Source: an uncultured virus (IMG/VR IMGVR_UViG_3300033072_000946)
Lineage: Duplodnaviria; Heunggongvirae; Uroviricota; Caudoviricetes
Strand: one strand, 5' to 3'
Length of the DNA stretch: 64,000 nucleotides
IMG/VR virus record: IMGVR_UViG_3300033072_000946
Each line of letters starts with the position of its first letter. The first letter of the stretch is position 1. Position numbers and translations under genes: made by a program. The notes beneath the pieces were generated by a model, which worked only from the letters and a program-made list of their open reading frames with translations, did not search any database and was not told where the DNA came from. Shown here one piece after another: positions 36,877-46,453 of this stretch.

Positions 36877-37712
36877 AGATCACGCGTCACTGGCTCGACG
36901 ACGTCGAGAAGGTCCCGACCAAGAAAATGGGCGGGGTCATCACGCCCGACACCATCGTCATGCACTACACCGCTGGGTGGTCGACGAAGGGTGACGTCGA
37001 CACTCTGTCGACATCGGACCGTCAGGCATCCGCACATGTCGTCCTTGGGCGCGACGGCGAGCTGGTCCAGATTGTGCCCTTCAATCGCAAGGCATGGCAC
37101 GCTGGTCCATCGCGCCACAACGGGCAGGCGGACGTCAACAATCGTTCCATCGGCATCGAGATCAGCAACGCCGGTTGGATCAAGCAGCTCACGAACGGCT
37201 TCTTCCAGGACCAGTACGGTCAGACGATTGCGCCCGACGGGCAGTTCGTCGGACAGCGGCGCACGACCAAGTCACCGCCGCACGAGTGGCACGAGGAGTA
37301 TCACGATCGTCTCGCGCACGGCACCTATCGCTGGGAGCCGTTCTACGATCTCCAATTGATCAATCTTGATGAGCTGGTGCCGCTGCTGATCAAGACGTAC
37401 GACATCAAGTACATCGTCTCCCATGAGGAGATCGATACGCGTGGGTGGAAGACGGACCCTGGTCCGATGTTCCCCATGCGCCGCTACACGAAGCTGCTCG
37501 ACGATCGCGCCGTCAACAAGCCCGAAGAGCTTCGCGTGACGGCCGACGAACTCAATGTTCGCAGCGATCCGCACGTCAAGGCCAACGTCCTGACGACCAT
37601 CCCACAGGACACGACGCTCACCGTTCTCGGGCGCGCCGGACAGTGGGCGCACGTCGAGCTGGGATCTGGTGTGCAGGGTTGGGTCAACACCTACTACACG
37701 GAGATGATCTGA
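36873..37712 (+). CDS. Endolysin: N-acetylmuramoyl-L-alanine amidase with SH3 domain
   Basis: MHYTA, SAHVV, AWHAG, SIGIE, SHEEI..KTDPG; LNVRS...GWV. Confidence 0.92.
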   Translation: MKITRHWLDDVEKVPTKKMGGVITPDTIVMHYTAGWSTKGDVDTLSTSDRQASAHVVLGRDGELVQIVPFNRKAWHAGPSRHNGQADVNNRSIGIEISNAGWIKQLTNGFFQDQYGQTIAPDGQFVGQRRTTKSPPHEWHEEYHDRLAHGTYRWEPFYDLQLINLDELVPLLIKTYDIKYIVSHEEIDTRGWKTDPGPMFPMRRYTKLLDDRAVNKPEELRVTADELNVRSDPHVKANVLTTIPQDTTLTVLGRAGQWAHVELGSGVQGWVNTYYTEMI

Positions 37713-38119
37713 TGGCGTGGCTTGTCACTCTCTGGAAGGGCCTCAACGTTGCGAGCTGGTTCTCGGGCGTGCGGCTCTACCTCTTGATCGGCGCCAGCGC
37801 GGCGCTCACCGCCGTCTACTGGAACGTCCGCTCGTTCATCAACGAGTACGATCGGCGTGGAACCGAGATCGCGTCGCTGAAGACGGACAAGACGAAGCTT
37901 CAAGCGCAGCTCCGCGTGGCGGAGTCGCAGAAGCGTCTCGACAACGCAGCGCTTGAAGCCGCCAGCACGCGCATCGTTGCGCTCTGGGATGACATCGACC
38001 GCACGTGTCGAGTCCTCGGCGAGATCCGCGCCGACAAGACACCGGGCGCCAACGATCCTGTGGGGGCCCCGATCGACCGCGTCCTCGAAGAGCTGGAGAA
38101 GCTGGAGAATAAGAAGTGA
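37712..38119 (+). CDS. i-spanin (Rz-like)
   Basis: N-terminal TM segment plus coiled coil, right after the endolysin. Confidence 0.7.
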   Translation: MAWLVTLWKGLNVASWFSGVRLYLLIGASAALTAVYWNVRSFINEYDRRGTEIASLKTDKTKLQAQLRVAESQKRLDNAALEAASTRIVALWDDIDRTCRVLGEIRADKTPGANDPVGAPIDRVLEELEKLENKK

Positions 38120-38529
38120 GCAACGTCCTCAACACCGGTCACGGACATGTCTGGCCGCGCCCAGACGGCTATCGCGCGCGGTGCGGAGGGCCACGCATGT
38201 GTGCAGAGTGCGCCTCTGATTTAGCGAGAAACGAGGCCGCGAAGCATTTCGGCGCGTTCCCGTTGGATGCGAAGCGCCCTTTCTTGGTCGGCGACCGCGT
38301 CAAGAAAAAGACCGGCTACGGCTTCCCCGGTGTCGTCGTGGCGGTCTTCAACAACCTCAAGGGCGACGAACGTCTCGTCGTCGAGTGCATCGTTCCCGGA
38401 GTCTTGGGCATGTTGCACATCTTCAATCCCGAGCAGATGGAACTCGACTATGACCCGCGCCTTCCGGCTTCGCAGTCTGTCCCTCCTGGCACTAGCCCCG
38501 CTGCTGATGGCCCAGGACGCGGGGTGTAG
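38116..38529 (+). CDS. Hypothetical protein: Cys-rich N-terminus plus DfrB/R67-like SH3 domain
   Basis: GHGHVWPRPDGYRARCGGPRMCAEC; FLVGDRVKKKTG...GVVV...VVE...GMLHIF. Confidence 0.6.
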   Translation: MSNVLNTGHGHVWPRPDGYRARCGGPRMCAECASDLARNEAAKHFGAFPLDAKRPFLVGDRVKKKTGYGFPGVVVAVFNNLKGDERLVVECIVPGVLGMLHIFNPEQMELDYDPRLPASQSVPPGTSPAADGPGRGV

Positions 38530-38764
38530 CAATCAGCCGCTACCGACCGTCGCGCAGATCGAGCTGAACCTCCCGGCCTACATGCGGACGTGTCCGTACG
38601 CGCCGAAGTCCCCGGGGAAGAAGGCGACCCGCGCCCAGACGGCGGAGTACATCGCCAAACTCTACAACGCCTGGGACGTCTGCCACGGTAACGTGAAGGA
38701 CATCGACCGTCTGTACAAGAAGTATCTCGCGGAAGTCGCCAATCTGAAGGGGATGGCAAAATGA
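38450..38764 (+). CDS. o-spanin (Rz1-like lipoprotein)
   Basis: Signal peptide ending AGC; Pro-rich; C...C. Confidence 0.7.
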   Translation: MTRAFRLRSLSLLALAPLLMAQDAGCSNQPLPTVAQIELNLPAYMRTCPYAPKSPGKKATRAQTAEYIAKLYNAWDVCHGNVKDIDRLYKKYLAEVANLKGMAK

Positions 38765-39030
38765 GTTCATTCAGTCAGGAACGTACGCTCAAGACTATGG
38801 AGGCCTTGTGTAAGGACTCCCACGTCATGCTGCTCAACGCGGTGACGAGCAACGGCCAGAAGATGGACGGCAAGTTCTTCTGCCTCACCATCCTCTCCGC
38901 GCACGACGGTCCCGCCGGTCAGGCGATCTTCGGCGAGTACAACAACATCAGCCGGAAGGAAGTCGCCAACCGGCTCCGCCTGATCGCCCGCATGATCGAC
39001 ACGAACTCGAAGATCGACGGAAGCACCTGA
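38761..39030 (+). CDS. Hypothetical protein
   Basis: ATGA-coupled ORF. Confidence 0.6.
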   Translation: MSSFSQERTLKTMEALCKDSHVMLLNAVTSNGQKMDGKFFCLTILSAHDGPAGQAIFGEYNNISRKEVANRLRLIARMIDTNSKIDGST

Positions 39031-39031
39031 C

Positions 39032-41212
39032 ATGAAGACTGCGGGCTCCAGTCTTATCGCGGACATCAAGAACGCCGTGCAGACCATGGCGACGCTCGTG
39101 ACGATCACGCGCGTCGACCGGACCACGTACCGCCTGACCAATCACGACCAGTCCATCACACTGAGTGGTCAGACGTACCGGCACGACATTCCGTTCAACC
39201 TCACTGCGATCAAGACGGGCTCGTCGCTCGGCGTCGACAACAACGAGATGACGCTGAAGTGTGATGGCACGGTCTTCAAGCTCAGTGACTTCGAAGGCGG
39301 CGTGTTCGACAAGTCCGTGGTGACGATCGGCTTGGTCGACTACGAGACGCCATCGAACGGCGTCGTCGCGCTGCGTCGTGGCTGGTTCGGTGAGATCCGC
39401 CGCAACAAGACCGGCAACGTCGAAATCGAGATCGTCGGCTTGATGAAGGTGCTCGACTTCGAAGTCGGGCGCATCTATTCACCGACATGTGACGCGGATC
39501 TCGGCGACCGCCGCTGCAAGGTCGCGATCAATCTCTCGCAGGCCTTCGACCCCGACAACATCTACAAGAACGGTGACTGGTTCTATCACCATTCGACGGC
39601 GGGGATGACTGAGGTCGCCCTGACCAACCCGGACTTCGAGGCAGACGGGCTGCGGTCGAGTTCTCAAGCGATCACCGGATGGACGCGGTCGGTCGACTCG
39701 TCGTGGAAGGTCGCGACGGTGTCAGACTCCCTCAATGCGTACGGAGACACCGGCTACTCCCTCTACGGTGGCGACAGCCTTCAGCCGACGCCGTACGAGG
39801 AATACCTCTACCAGGACATCGATCTCGCGACGGCGGGCATCAGTACCTCGGACATCGACGACGGACGCATCACGTGGGTGACCCACGTGAAGGCTGCGCA
39901 GACGTTCTACTTCGACGACCAGCCGCGCGTCGTCTGTGAAGTGATGAACGGGGCGGGAGACATCATCGATCTCCAGGATACCGGCTACGTCAACCTCTCG
40001 GACATCGACGACTGGCGTGGACTGTTCCTCGCCTTCCCGATCCTCGGGACGGCGCGAACGATCCGCCTCTATCTCTATTCACTGAAGCGCGACGGCGTGG
40101 TGGTCAACACCGCGTTCGATAATGTGCGCGCCTACTGGTACGACCACCTCTCAGGTAATCCGTACAACGACGTCATCCACAAGGTCGTCCGCGTTGTCCC
40201 CGAGGACGACACCTCGAACGAACAGCCCTTCACGAACGGCTCGTTCGAGACGGACGGCGCGATCTCCAACTCAGGCACCACCGCCATCACCGGCTGGGAT
40301 CGGGGAAGCTCTGCTGACTACTGGAAAGTCGACACCATTCTCGACGGCATCGACGGTCCAGACCTGACCTACATGCTGATCGGCGGCAACGACGGCTCAG
40401 GCGTCCAGAAGACGTACCAGCTATCTCAGCAGAAGAACTTGGTCGATGACTTCGGCTTCACGACCGCGCAGTTGTCCAGTGGGCGGATGGTCGGGCGTCT
40501 CGCCGCGTCTCTGGTCTGGGGCGACACGGGCAGTGCGTCTCGCGTCATCGTGGAGATCCTCAACGCGTCTCTGTCTGTGGTGGCGACCTACATCATCCTC
40601 GACTGGACGACCCAGGCTGGCGCGCCGACCGAGGCCTTCCTGTCCGGTAAGTTCACGATCCCGTCGACCGGTCGCCACATCCGGACGACCCTCTACGCGC
40701 GGTCGCCGACCGGTTCCTCAGATGCCCGGGTGGGCTTCGATGCCCTCACCTATTTCTTCGTGGACGGCACACGCGCCGCTCGCTCCGATCTCGTCTCGGG
40801 ACAGGCGGCGTCGAGCCCGCTGCCGGACAACACGATCGGCGCCACGACGTGGTGTGGCGAGCTGGTCATCAAGGCCTACGCATCACACATCCAATACGAC
40901 GAGGTTGCTGCCGTCGTCAGTCGGAAGGAGTTCAACGGGCTGACGATCACCGGTTCGGACGGGACCTACGAGACGGCGGAGATCAAATGGATCACCGGCA
41001 ACAACAAGGGTCATACGAACATCATCCGCGTCTGGAGTGACGCGACCAAGCAAATCAAGTTGTACTTCCCAACTGCGGCACCGATCCAGGTCGGCGATCG
41101 GTATCAGTATACCCGTTCTTGCCAGAAGCGGTTCGTCGAGGACTGCGTCAACATCTTCTCGAACGGGATCAACTTTCGGGGCTTCCCTTATCTGCCTGGG
41201 AAAATCACCTGA
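39032..41212 (+). CDS. GTA-type baseplate hub (DUF2163/BR0599) with inserted carbohydrate-binding-like domains
   Basis: LTNHDQSI, YSPTCDADLGDRRCKV, CQKRFVEDC..FSNGINFRGFPYLPG. Confidence 0.88.
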   Translation: MKTAGSSLIADIKNAVQTMATLVTITRVDRTTYRLTNHDQSITLSGQTYRHDIPFNLTAIKTGSSLGVDNNEMTLKCDGTVFKLSDFEGGVFDKSVVTIGLVDYETPSNGVVALRRGWFGEIRRNKTGNVEIEIVGLMKVLDFEVGRIYSPTCDADLGDRRCKVAINLSQAFDPDNIYKNGDWFYHHSTAGMTEVALTNPDFEADGLRSSSQAITGWTRSVDSSWKVATVSDSLNAYGDTGYSLYGGDSLQPTPYEEYLYQDIDLATAGISTSDIDDGRITWVTHVKAAQTFYFDDQPRVVCEVMNGAGDIIDLQDTGYVNLSDIDDWRGLFLAFPILGTARTIRLYLYSLKRDGVVVNTAFDNVRAYWYDHLSGNPYNDVIHKVVRVVPEDDTSNEQPFTNGSFETDGAISNSGTTAITGWDRGSSADYWKVDTILDGIDGPDLTYMLIGGNDGSGVQKTYQLSQQKNLVDDFGFTTAQLSSGRMVGRLAASLVWGDTGSASRVIVEILNASLSVVATYIILDWTTQAGAPTEAFLSGKFTIPSTGRHIRTTLYARSPTGSSDARVGFDALTYFFVDGTRAARSDLVSGQAASSPLPDNTIGATTWCGELVIKAYASHIQYDEVAAVVSRKEFNGLTITGSDGTYETAEIKWITGNNKGHTNIIRVWSDATKQIKLYFPTAAPIQVGDRYQYTRSCQKRFVEDCVNIFSNGINFRGFPYLPGKIT

Positions 41213-41456
41213 TCCAAATCAGCGATCGTACTCCAATCTGTTGAAGCACCTTCTTCATATCGTGCGAGACGGTGGGCAAAAAACGCAGCAAAGTGCGTTC
41301 CGCTGACACATCTGAAGGACTTGATAATCGATACTCACCGATTGGAAACCAATTTACACTAGTCGTTTGTCTGTAAGCTGCTCACGTTTCTTGTCTTCAC
41401 GCCCGTGAAGGCGTACCGTAGTTTTGTCAGAAGACAACACTCACGGAGAACACACA

Positions 41457-42170
41457 GTGAGCAAGCCTCGTTATTCGCGCGCACGTCGACAGATCCCCGA
41501 GCCTCCCGACGAGGAGAGCGCTGTGCAGCAGGCTCACGCCGAAAGCGGGTTCGGTGAGCGCGTGTTCCGTGAGCGGATGCGGGTCCAGATGCCTCAGAGC
41601 ACGTTGGCGAAGCACCTGAAGAAGAACCGATCGTCTGTCGCGCAGTGGGAGCGGGGCAAGAACATCCCGGACATCCACACGATCGAGCAGATGGCGACGC
41701 TCTTACATTCGACGCCGCAGTTCCTTGCGTTCGGCCTCACGGACGCGCCGAAGACCGTGATGCCCGACCCGCGCCAGCTCGGCTACGCCCTGGTGCCGGA
41801 GATCCGTGTTGGGAACGCTCCCACAGACTTCAACAAGATCCAGGCGTGGGGGCTGCCCTATCAATACCTGACGTCGGAGCTTGCCTGTCCTGATCCCGAC
41901 GCGCTCATGATCGTGTCGGTGGACAGCGCGCTCGACGACTATCAGATCGGGGATCGAGTGATTGTTGATCGCAGTTCAACCCGGCCCAGTCCTCCGGGGA
42001 TCTTCCTGGTTTGGGACGGGATGGCCCCCGTGTTGTCGAAGGTGTCCCTGATCCCAGGGACCACCAAGCAGCCGCACGTGAAGATTGAAAACGCGAACGG
42101 TTCGTTCGAGTTGTCCATCGATCGCGCGCAGCTCCTTGGACGGGTGAGGGGTGCCTTTAAACGCCGCTGA
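41457..42170 (+). CDS. CI-like repressor (XRE HTH plus S24-like domain)
   Basis: QSTLAKHLKKNRSSVAQWERG; VDS...GDRVIVD...GIF...LGRV. Confidence 0.85.
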   Translation: MSKPRYSRARRQIPEPPDEESAVQQAHAESGFGERVFRERMRVQMPQSTLAKHLKKNRSSVAQWERGKNIPDIHTIEQMATLLHSTPQFLAFGLTDAPKTVMPDPRQLGYALVPEIRVGNAPTDFNKIQAWGLPYQYLTSELACPDPDALMIVSVDSALDDYQIGDRVIVDRSSTRPSPPGIFLVWDGMAPVLSKVSLIPGTTKQPHVKIENANGSFELSIDRAQLLGRVRGAFKRR

Positions 42171-42224
42171 AGCGTTATCGGCGAGTATCACATGATAGCC
42201 TCCATAACACAAGGGGAGCGTCGT

Positions 42225-42460
42225 CGCGTGTACACATGTACATCCTAGCCCCGGAAATATCGCCCATTTTTCGGGGTGCGTCAACGTCGATCACAAAGCG
42301 TGAGTTAAAATTCGTTGCTAAGTAGTTGAAAGGGTTGAGAAACCGGGACAAAGCCCGGTTCCGCCCGTATTCCACGTTACAAATTGGTCAGCCAAGTAAG
42401 GCCAGGAAGTAATTGAATTTTTACGGTCGCCGTGGTCATGTACAGCACCATGTACAAGGG
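42225..42460. other. Candidate attP region
   Basis: Paired (CA)TGTACA repeats at both ends, two IHF-like TAAGTAGTTGA/GAAGTAATTGA sites, directly upstream of the integrase. Confidence 0.55.
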
Positions 42461-42470
42461 GTAAACGTCC

Positions 42471-43619
42471 GTGGTCAGCATTTACGAAAGACGGTGGGTC
42501 AGCCGGAAAGGTGAGTCAAAGACAGCATACCGCGTCTCCTACACCGTGGACGGCAAGCAGCGCCAGAAGCAATTCCGCACGCGCAGGTTGGCCTCGATCT
42601 TCGTGAGCCGCCTCGAAGGCGTCATCAACCAGGAGCGCGCCGAAGCGGCTGCGCAGCAAAGTCCCACCCTCGACCAACTGTTCCGTCAGTGGATAGCCGC
42701 ACGCAAGGTCGGCGCGGACGGAAACCCGCCCTTGGAGCCCGGATCGATCTATCAGTACGAGACGGAATACCGGACGCGGATCTCACCTGCTCTGGGGCCC
42801 CGGAGGATCGCCGAACTCACTCCACGCGATATGCGTCAGTTCCTTAACGAACTGGCACATAGCGGCCTCCGCCGTTCCAGCGTGAAGAAAGTATTCGGTA
42901 CTCTGAGGACGATACTCTCGTACGGGGTTCTCGTAGAGGAGTTGGGAAGCAATCCGGCGACCGGTATACGCATCAAGGCAGACAGGCGCCGTGAAGGCCT
43001 CGTGATTGCGCACGAGAAAGATGATATGCGAAAGATCATACAAGTAGCAGTTGATCTCGCCGTTTCCTCTAACAATCGGAAACGTAAGGAAGCGTGGGTC
43101 CTTGGAGCCGCCCTTCTTCATGTACTGGTATATGGTGGCCTGCGTATCGGCGAAGCCCGGGCTCTCTCGCGTGAGCACATTGAATGGGATAAGTGTTGCA
43201 TACATATCAAGCAACGGGCCGACGCGTGGGGCCGCATAGGGAGGCCGAAGAGTGCTCGCAGCAGCCGTAAAGTGCTTGTTCCAGATGTCGTCATAGAGTG
43301 GCTGAAGAAGCTTCGGGACCTTCACGACAGGCCCTTGCTCTTCTCGACCCGCTCCGGGCGCCCCATTGATCAGCGGAATATTGCCCGAGCTATTTGGCAT
43401 CCGCTTCAGCGGCTCGCCGGGGTCCCCGTTCTCAGAATTCACTCCACTCGACACTTCTACGCATCCTTGATGATCGACAGCGGCATCAACCCCAAACAAC
43501 TCTCACAAGACATGGGCCACCACTCGGAGGCCTTCACGATGTCCGTCTACGGCCATCTGTTCAAAGACGCAGGCGCCGACGAGCGCAACCGCGCCCTTAA
43601 AAACTCTGCCGTTCTGTAG
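42471..43619 (+). CDS. int: Tyrosine integrase
   Basis: Arm-binding N-terminus, SAM-like domain, GLRIGEA, PKS, HSTRH, MGH..TMSVYGH. Confidence 0.93.
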   Translation: MVSIYERRWVSRKGESKTAYRVSYTVDGKQRQKQFRTRRLASIFVSRLEGVINQERAEAAAQQSPTLDQLFRQWIAARKVGADGNPPLEPGSIYQYETEYRTRISPALGPRRIAELTPRDMRQFLNELAHSGLRRSSVKKVFGTLRTILSYGVLVEELGSNPATGIRIKADRRREGLVIAHEKDDMRKIIQVAVDLAVSSNNRKRKEAWVLGAALLHVLVYGGLRIGEARALSREHIEWDKCCIHIKQRADAWGRIGRPKSARSSRKVLVPDVVIEWLKKLRDLHDRPLLFSTRSGRPIDQRNIARAIWHPLQRLAGVPVLRIHSTRHFYASLMIDSGINPKQLSQDMGHHSEAFTMSVYGHLFKDAGADERNRALKNSAVL

Positions 43620-44484
43620 CTCCTGTGCAGAGCGGATCTGACGTTCGCCCGTGGTAGAACACGCGCGAAAGAGGCGCGGCACGATCCTCTTCGAGATTGT
43701 TGACCAGGACGCGCACTTCCGTCCCGACCGGCGTCGCGAGGGCCCGGAGAGGGATGTCGACCGTGAACACCTCGATCGCCTGTGCCGTGAACGTCTTGGG
43801 CGCGAACGTCAGTGTCAGTCTCCGCGTGTAGGGAAGGTGTTCGATCGAGACGACACGCGCGACCTTGCGGACGAAACGCTTCGACATGAAGACGTTCATC
43901 GTGTGGCCTGCCTCATACTCGGGACACACACGGCGGCACTCGACGGCGCCGAGGCCTTGCATCAGGAATTGAGCCTCGGCGTTGAGATAGTCGTGGTAGT
44001 TCATGCAGCCGATGCCGAGGCGGTGCATCCACCTGAAGCGTCCGACGTTCTCTTCGCCGATCGCGTCCTCGACCGTCTTCTCCAAGAGCTGCATCCGATG
44101 CAGCCAATTGCCCGGCGTGTTGTAGTCGATCACCCAGACGTTCAGCGGCTCGCTGAAGGTGCCGACGCGCTTCTGCCCGATGCCCTGGCACTGCGTCTGT
44201 GCGAACTCGCTGCGGATGTCACCGAGGGTCAGATACGCGTCCGTGCCGTCCGGCAGGCCTTCCATCGCCTCGATGATCTGCGGCAGCACCATCTTCTTGC
44301 CGCTCTCGGAGACGATCGAACGCTTGAGCTTGTGGACGTGCACGCCGTAGGTCTTGGGGTAGACCATCAGCGGCCATCCGCGCAGATCAACCGACGTGCG
44401 CGCCGCCCACTTACAGTGGATCGCCCACGTCGGCGCGTGCGTCGTGCCCTTAGGTTTTGGAACGCGTCCGCCGCTCGCTTTCAT
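43597..44484 (-). CDS. Hypothetical protein
   Basis: Coupled to the DUF2460 stop (TGATG). Confidence 0.65.
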   Translation of the reverse strand: MKASGGRVPKPKGTTHAPTWAIHCKWAARTSVDLRGWPLMVYPKTYGVHVHKLKRSIVSESGKKMVLPQIIEAMEGLPDGTDAYLTLGDIRSEFAQTQCQGIGQKRVGTFSEPLNVWVIDYNTPGNWLHRMQLLEKTVEDAIGEENVGRFRWMHRLGIGCMNYHDYLNAEAQFLMQGLGAVECRRVCPEYEAGHTMNVFMSKRFVRKVARVVSIEHLPYTRRLTLTFAPKTFTAQAIEVFTVDIPLRALATPVGTEVRVLVNNLEEDRAAPLSRVFYHGRTSDPLCTGATERQSF

Positions 44485-45131
44485 CACGCAGGCTCTTCGA
44501 GCAGGAGTTCGACGAGCGGGATCGAGCCCCACGACTCCGTCTGGAACCCGTCGTGCACCGCATCCATGTCATCGACGTCGAACCGGACCGGCACGTCGAA
44601 CTCTCCCGTCACGCGCACGATGTGCCCGTTCGCCGGGATCACGGACGCGCCGAACGTGATGATCCCGGTGGTGTAGTCGAGCGTGCATTCGGTCGGCCCG
44701 GGCGAGGCGTTGTCGATCGGGACGTTCACGGAGTTGACCGTGACCGACATCGTACCAGACACAGGTTTGAAGATCCGACGTACGTAGGGGTTCGTCGTCC
44801 CATACGTCTTCGTGATCTTGAATTCATCTTTGGAACCGTCTCCTGTTCCGATGTTCTCGTTGGAGAGCTGGTAGTCCGCGTGGTCCTTGAACCGGAAGCC
44901 GATCGCGCGCCCGCGCATCTCGAAGAAGAACGTGCGGACGAGATCCATCTGCGACTTGTCGCGGATGCCGTAGGAGACGTCGTAGGTGTGGCGCACACGC
45001 GACCAGAGCTGCGAGCGCTGCTCGATCGCGCTGTAGCCCTCGAAGATATGCGTCTTGAAGCCGGGGCCGCCGCTCGATCCGTAGGCGATATCGTCAGGGA
45101 AGCGCGGGCTCTCGATGAACGCGACGGGCAT
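44484..45131 (-). CDS. DUF2460 distal tail (Dit-like) protein
   Basis: RFPDDIAYGSSGGPGFKT, GRAIGFRFKD, GEFDVPVRFD. Confidence 0.93.
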   Translation of the reverse strand: MPVAFIESPRFPDDIAYGSSGGPGFKTHIFEGYSAIEQRSQLWSRVRHTYDVSYGIRDKSQMDLVRTFFFEMRGRAIGFRFKDHADYQLSNENIGTGDGSKDEFKITKTYGTTNPYVRRIFKPVSGTMSVTVNSVNVPIDNASPGPTECTLDYTTGIITFGASVIPANGHIVRVTGEFDVPVRFDVDDMDAVHDGFQTESWGSIPLVELLLEEPA

Positions 45132-46189
45132 CAGTTACACCTCACTCCGAACTCAGCAGACTCCAGGGCGGCGACGCTCGCCCAGGCGGCAGACGTGTTG
45201 GGATCGACGGCGAACGTGGCGTGCTTCCACTTGTAGGACGTCGACAGGGTCGACGGCGCGGGAGCCGTGCTCGTCGTGGTCGCGCCCGACTTGCACAACA
45301 GGTTGATCGTGTTCGAGCCGTCGTTCCTGGTCAGCGCCTGTCCGTACGCGAACAGGATCGCGCTGACGGTGGAGACGGTGAAGTCGAACGTGAACAGATG
45401 GTCGTCGTTGGCGACCGACTCCGAGATGTAGTCGGTGTCGCTGTCGTAGCCGCCGAGCGTGTCCTGCACCGCCGCGAGCGCAGTGCCGGTGTTCGCTGTC
45501 CACGCCGTGGACGAGCCCTCCGCGTTCGGCACCTTGGTCTCGAACCGGCAGTCACCCACGAAGTCATTGAGGGTCGAACCAGTGCCGTCGAGGACCAGGA
45601 TCTTGCCGAGACGCGACCCGGTCTCTCCCGAGAGATTGAAGATCAACTGATTGAGAGACGTGGTGTTGCCCGTGCCGCGCCGGAAGTCGCCGGACGCCGC
45701 ATTGATCACCGTGTCTCCGTCGACCTTCACAGTGATGGAGCCGCTGTCGAGCGCGGACACCTTCACCTCGATCGTCTGCCAGACGTTGTACTTGAGGACG
45801 CCCGGCGCCGACGCCGCGACCACGACTGCGACCGCTGCCGCGTTCAACACCTGGATCGCACCAGACGCGGTTGCTCGAAGCGTGAAATGGATCGAGGACG
45901 TCGTGGCTTCCGTGCAGCGCAGGAAGTCTCGCGTCGAGAACTCACCCGGGGCCGTGTAGAGATCCATCATCACGACGATGGTGGAACTCGCGCCGATCTT
46001 GTTGACCAGTGGGAGCTGGAGGTTGTTCGTCCCCGCCCATTGGATACACTTGTTGGAGAAGCGTCCCGTCGTGACGATGGAGTTCGACGCGCCCGCCGCC
46101 GTGTAGTTGTCGTTGAACGTGGCGATATCAGCGTAGCCGGTCGTGCCGCTCGCCTGCTTATCCCAGTCTTCCGCGAAACAAACACCCAT
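45131..46189 (-). CDS. Tail-associated beta-sandwich (LamG-like) protein, paralog B
   Basis: WQTIEVKV..VKVDG, VGDCR, DPNTSAAW..AEFGV. Confidence 0.75.
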   Translation of the reverse strand: MGVCFAEDWDKQASGTTGYADIATFNDNYTAAGASNSIVTTGRFSNKCIQWAGTNNLQLPLVNKIGASSTIVVMMDLYTAPGEFSTRDFLRCTEATTSSIHFTLRATASGAIQVLNAAAVAVVVAASAPGVLKYNVWQTIEVKVSALDSGSITVKVDGDTVINAASGDFRRGTGNTTSLNQLIFNLSGETGSRLGKILVLDGTGSTLNDFVGDCRFETKVPNAEGSSTAWTANTGTALAAVQDTLGGYDSDTDYISESVANDDHLFTFDFTVSTVSAILFAYGQALTRNDGSNTINLLCKSGATTTSTAPAPSTLSTSYKWKHATFAVDPNTSAAWASVAALESAEFGVRCN

Positions 46190-46192
46190 GGT

Positions 46193-46453
46193 TCACCCGC
46201 TGACGATGGTGAACTGGACGGGCTGCGTCGAGCCGCCGCCCGCCGACTCGTTGACAGACCGGATGACCTCGTAGGCGAGCATGGTGACGCGGCACTCCGC
46301 TTCACCGTTGTGGACAACCTCGCCGACGATTTGCGTCACACGGCACTCCGCTTCACCGTTGTGGACAACCTCGCCGACGATTTGCGTCACACGCGCGTCC
46401 GGGGCGACCGTGTACGCGACGGTGACAGCCTTCTGTGTGACGCGTGCTGCCAT
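46193..46453 (-). CDS. Small tail-module protein with RVTQ repeats
   Basis: ARVTQ/ECRVTQIVGEVVHNGEA repeats. Confidence 0.7.
   Translation of the reverse strand: MAARVTQKAVTVAYTVAPDARVTQIVGEVVHNGEAECRVTQIVGEVVHNGEAECRVTMLAYEVIRSVNESAGGGSTQPVQFTIVSG
46290..46391. repeat. Perfect 51-bp tandem duplication
   Basis: 46290-46340 is identical to 46341-46391. Confidence 0.95.

Noticed and set aside
41213..41456. Divergent cro gene upstream of the CI-like repressor
   Set aside because: Only short minus-strand ORFs with no HTH or clear SD; two small palindromes (41341, 41395) are too weak to call.
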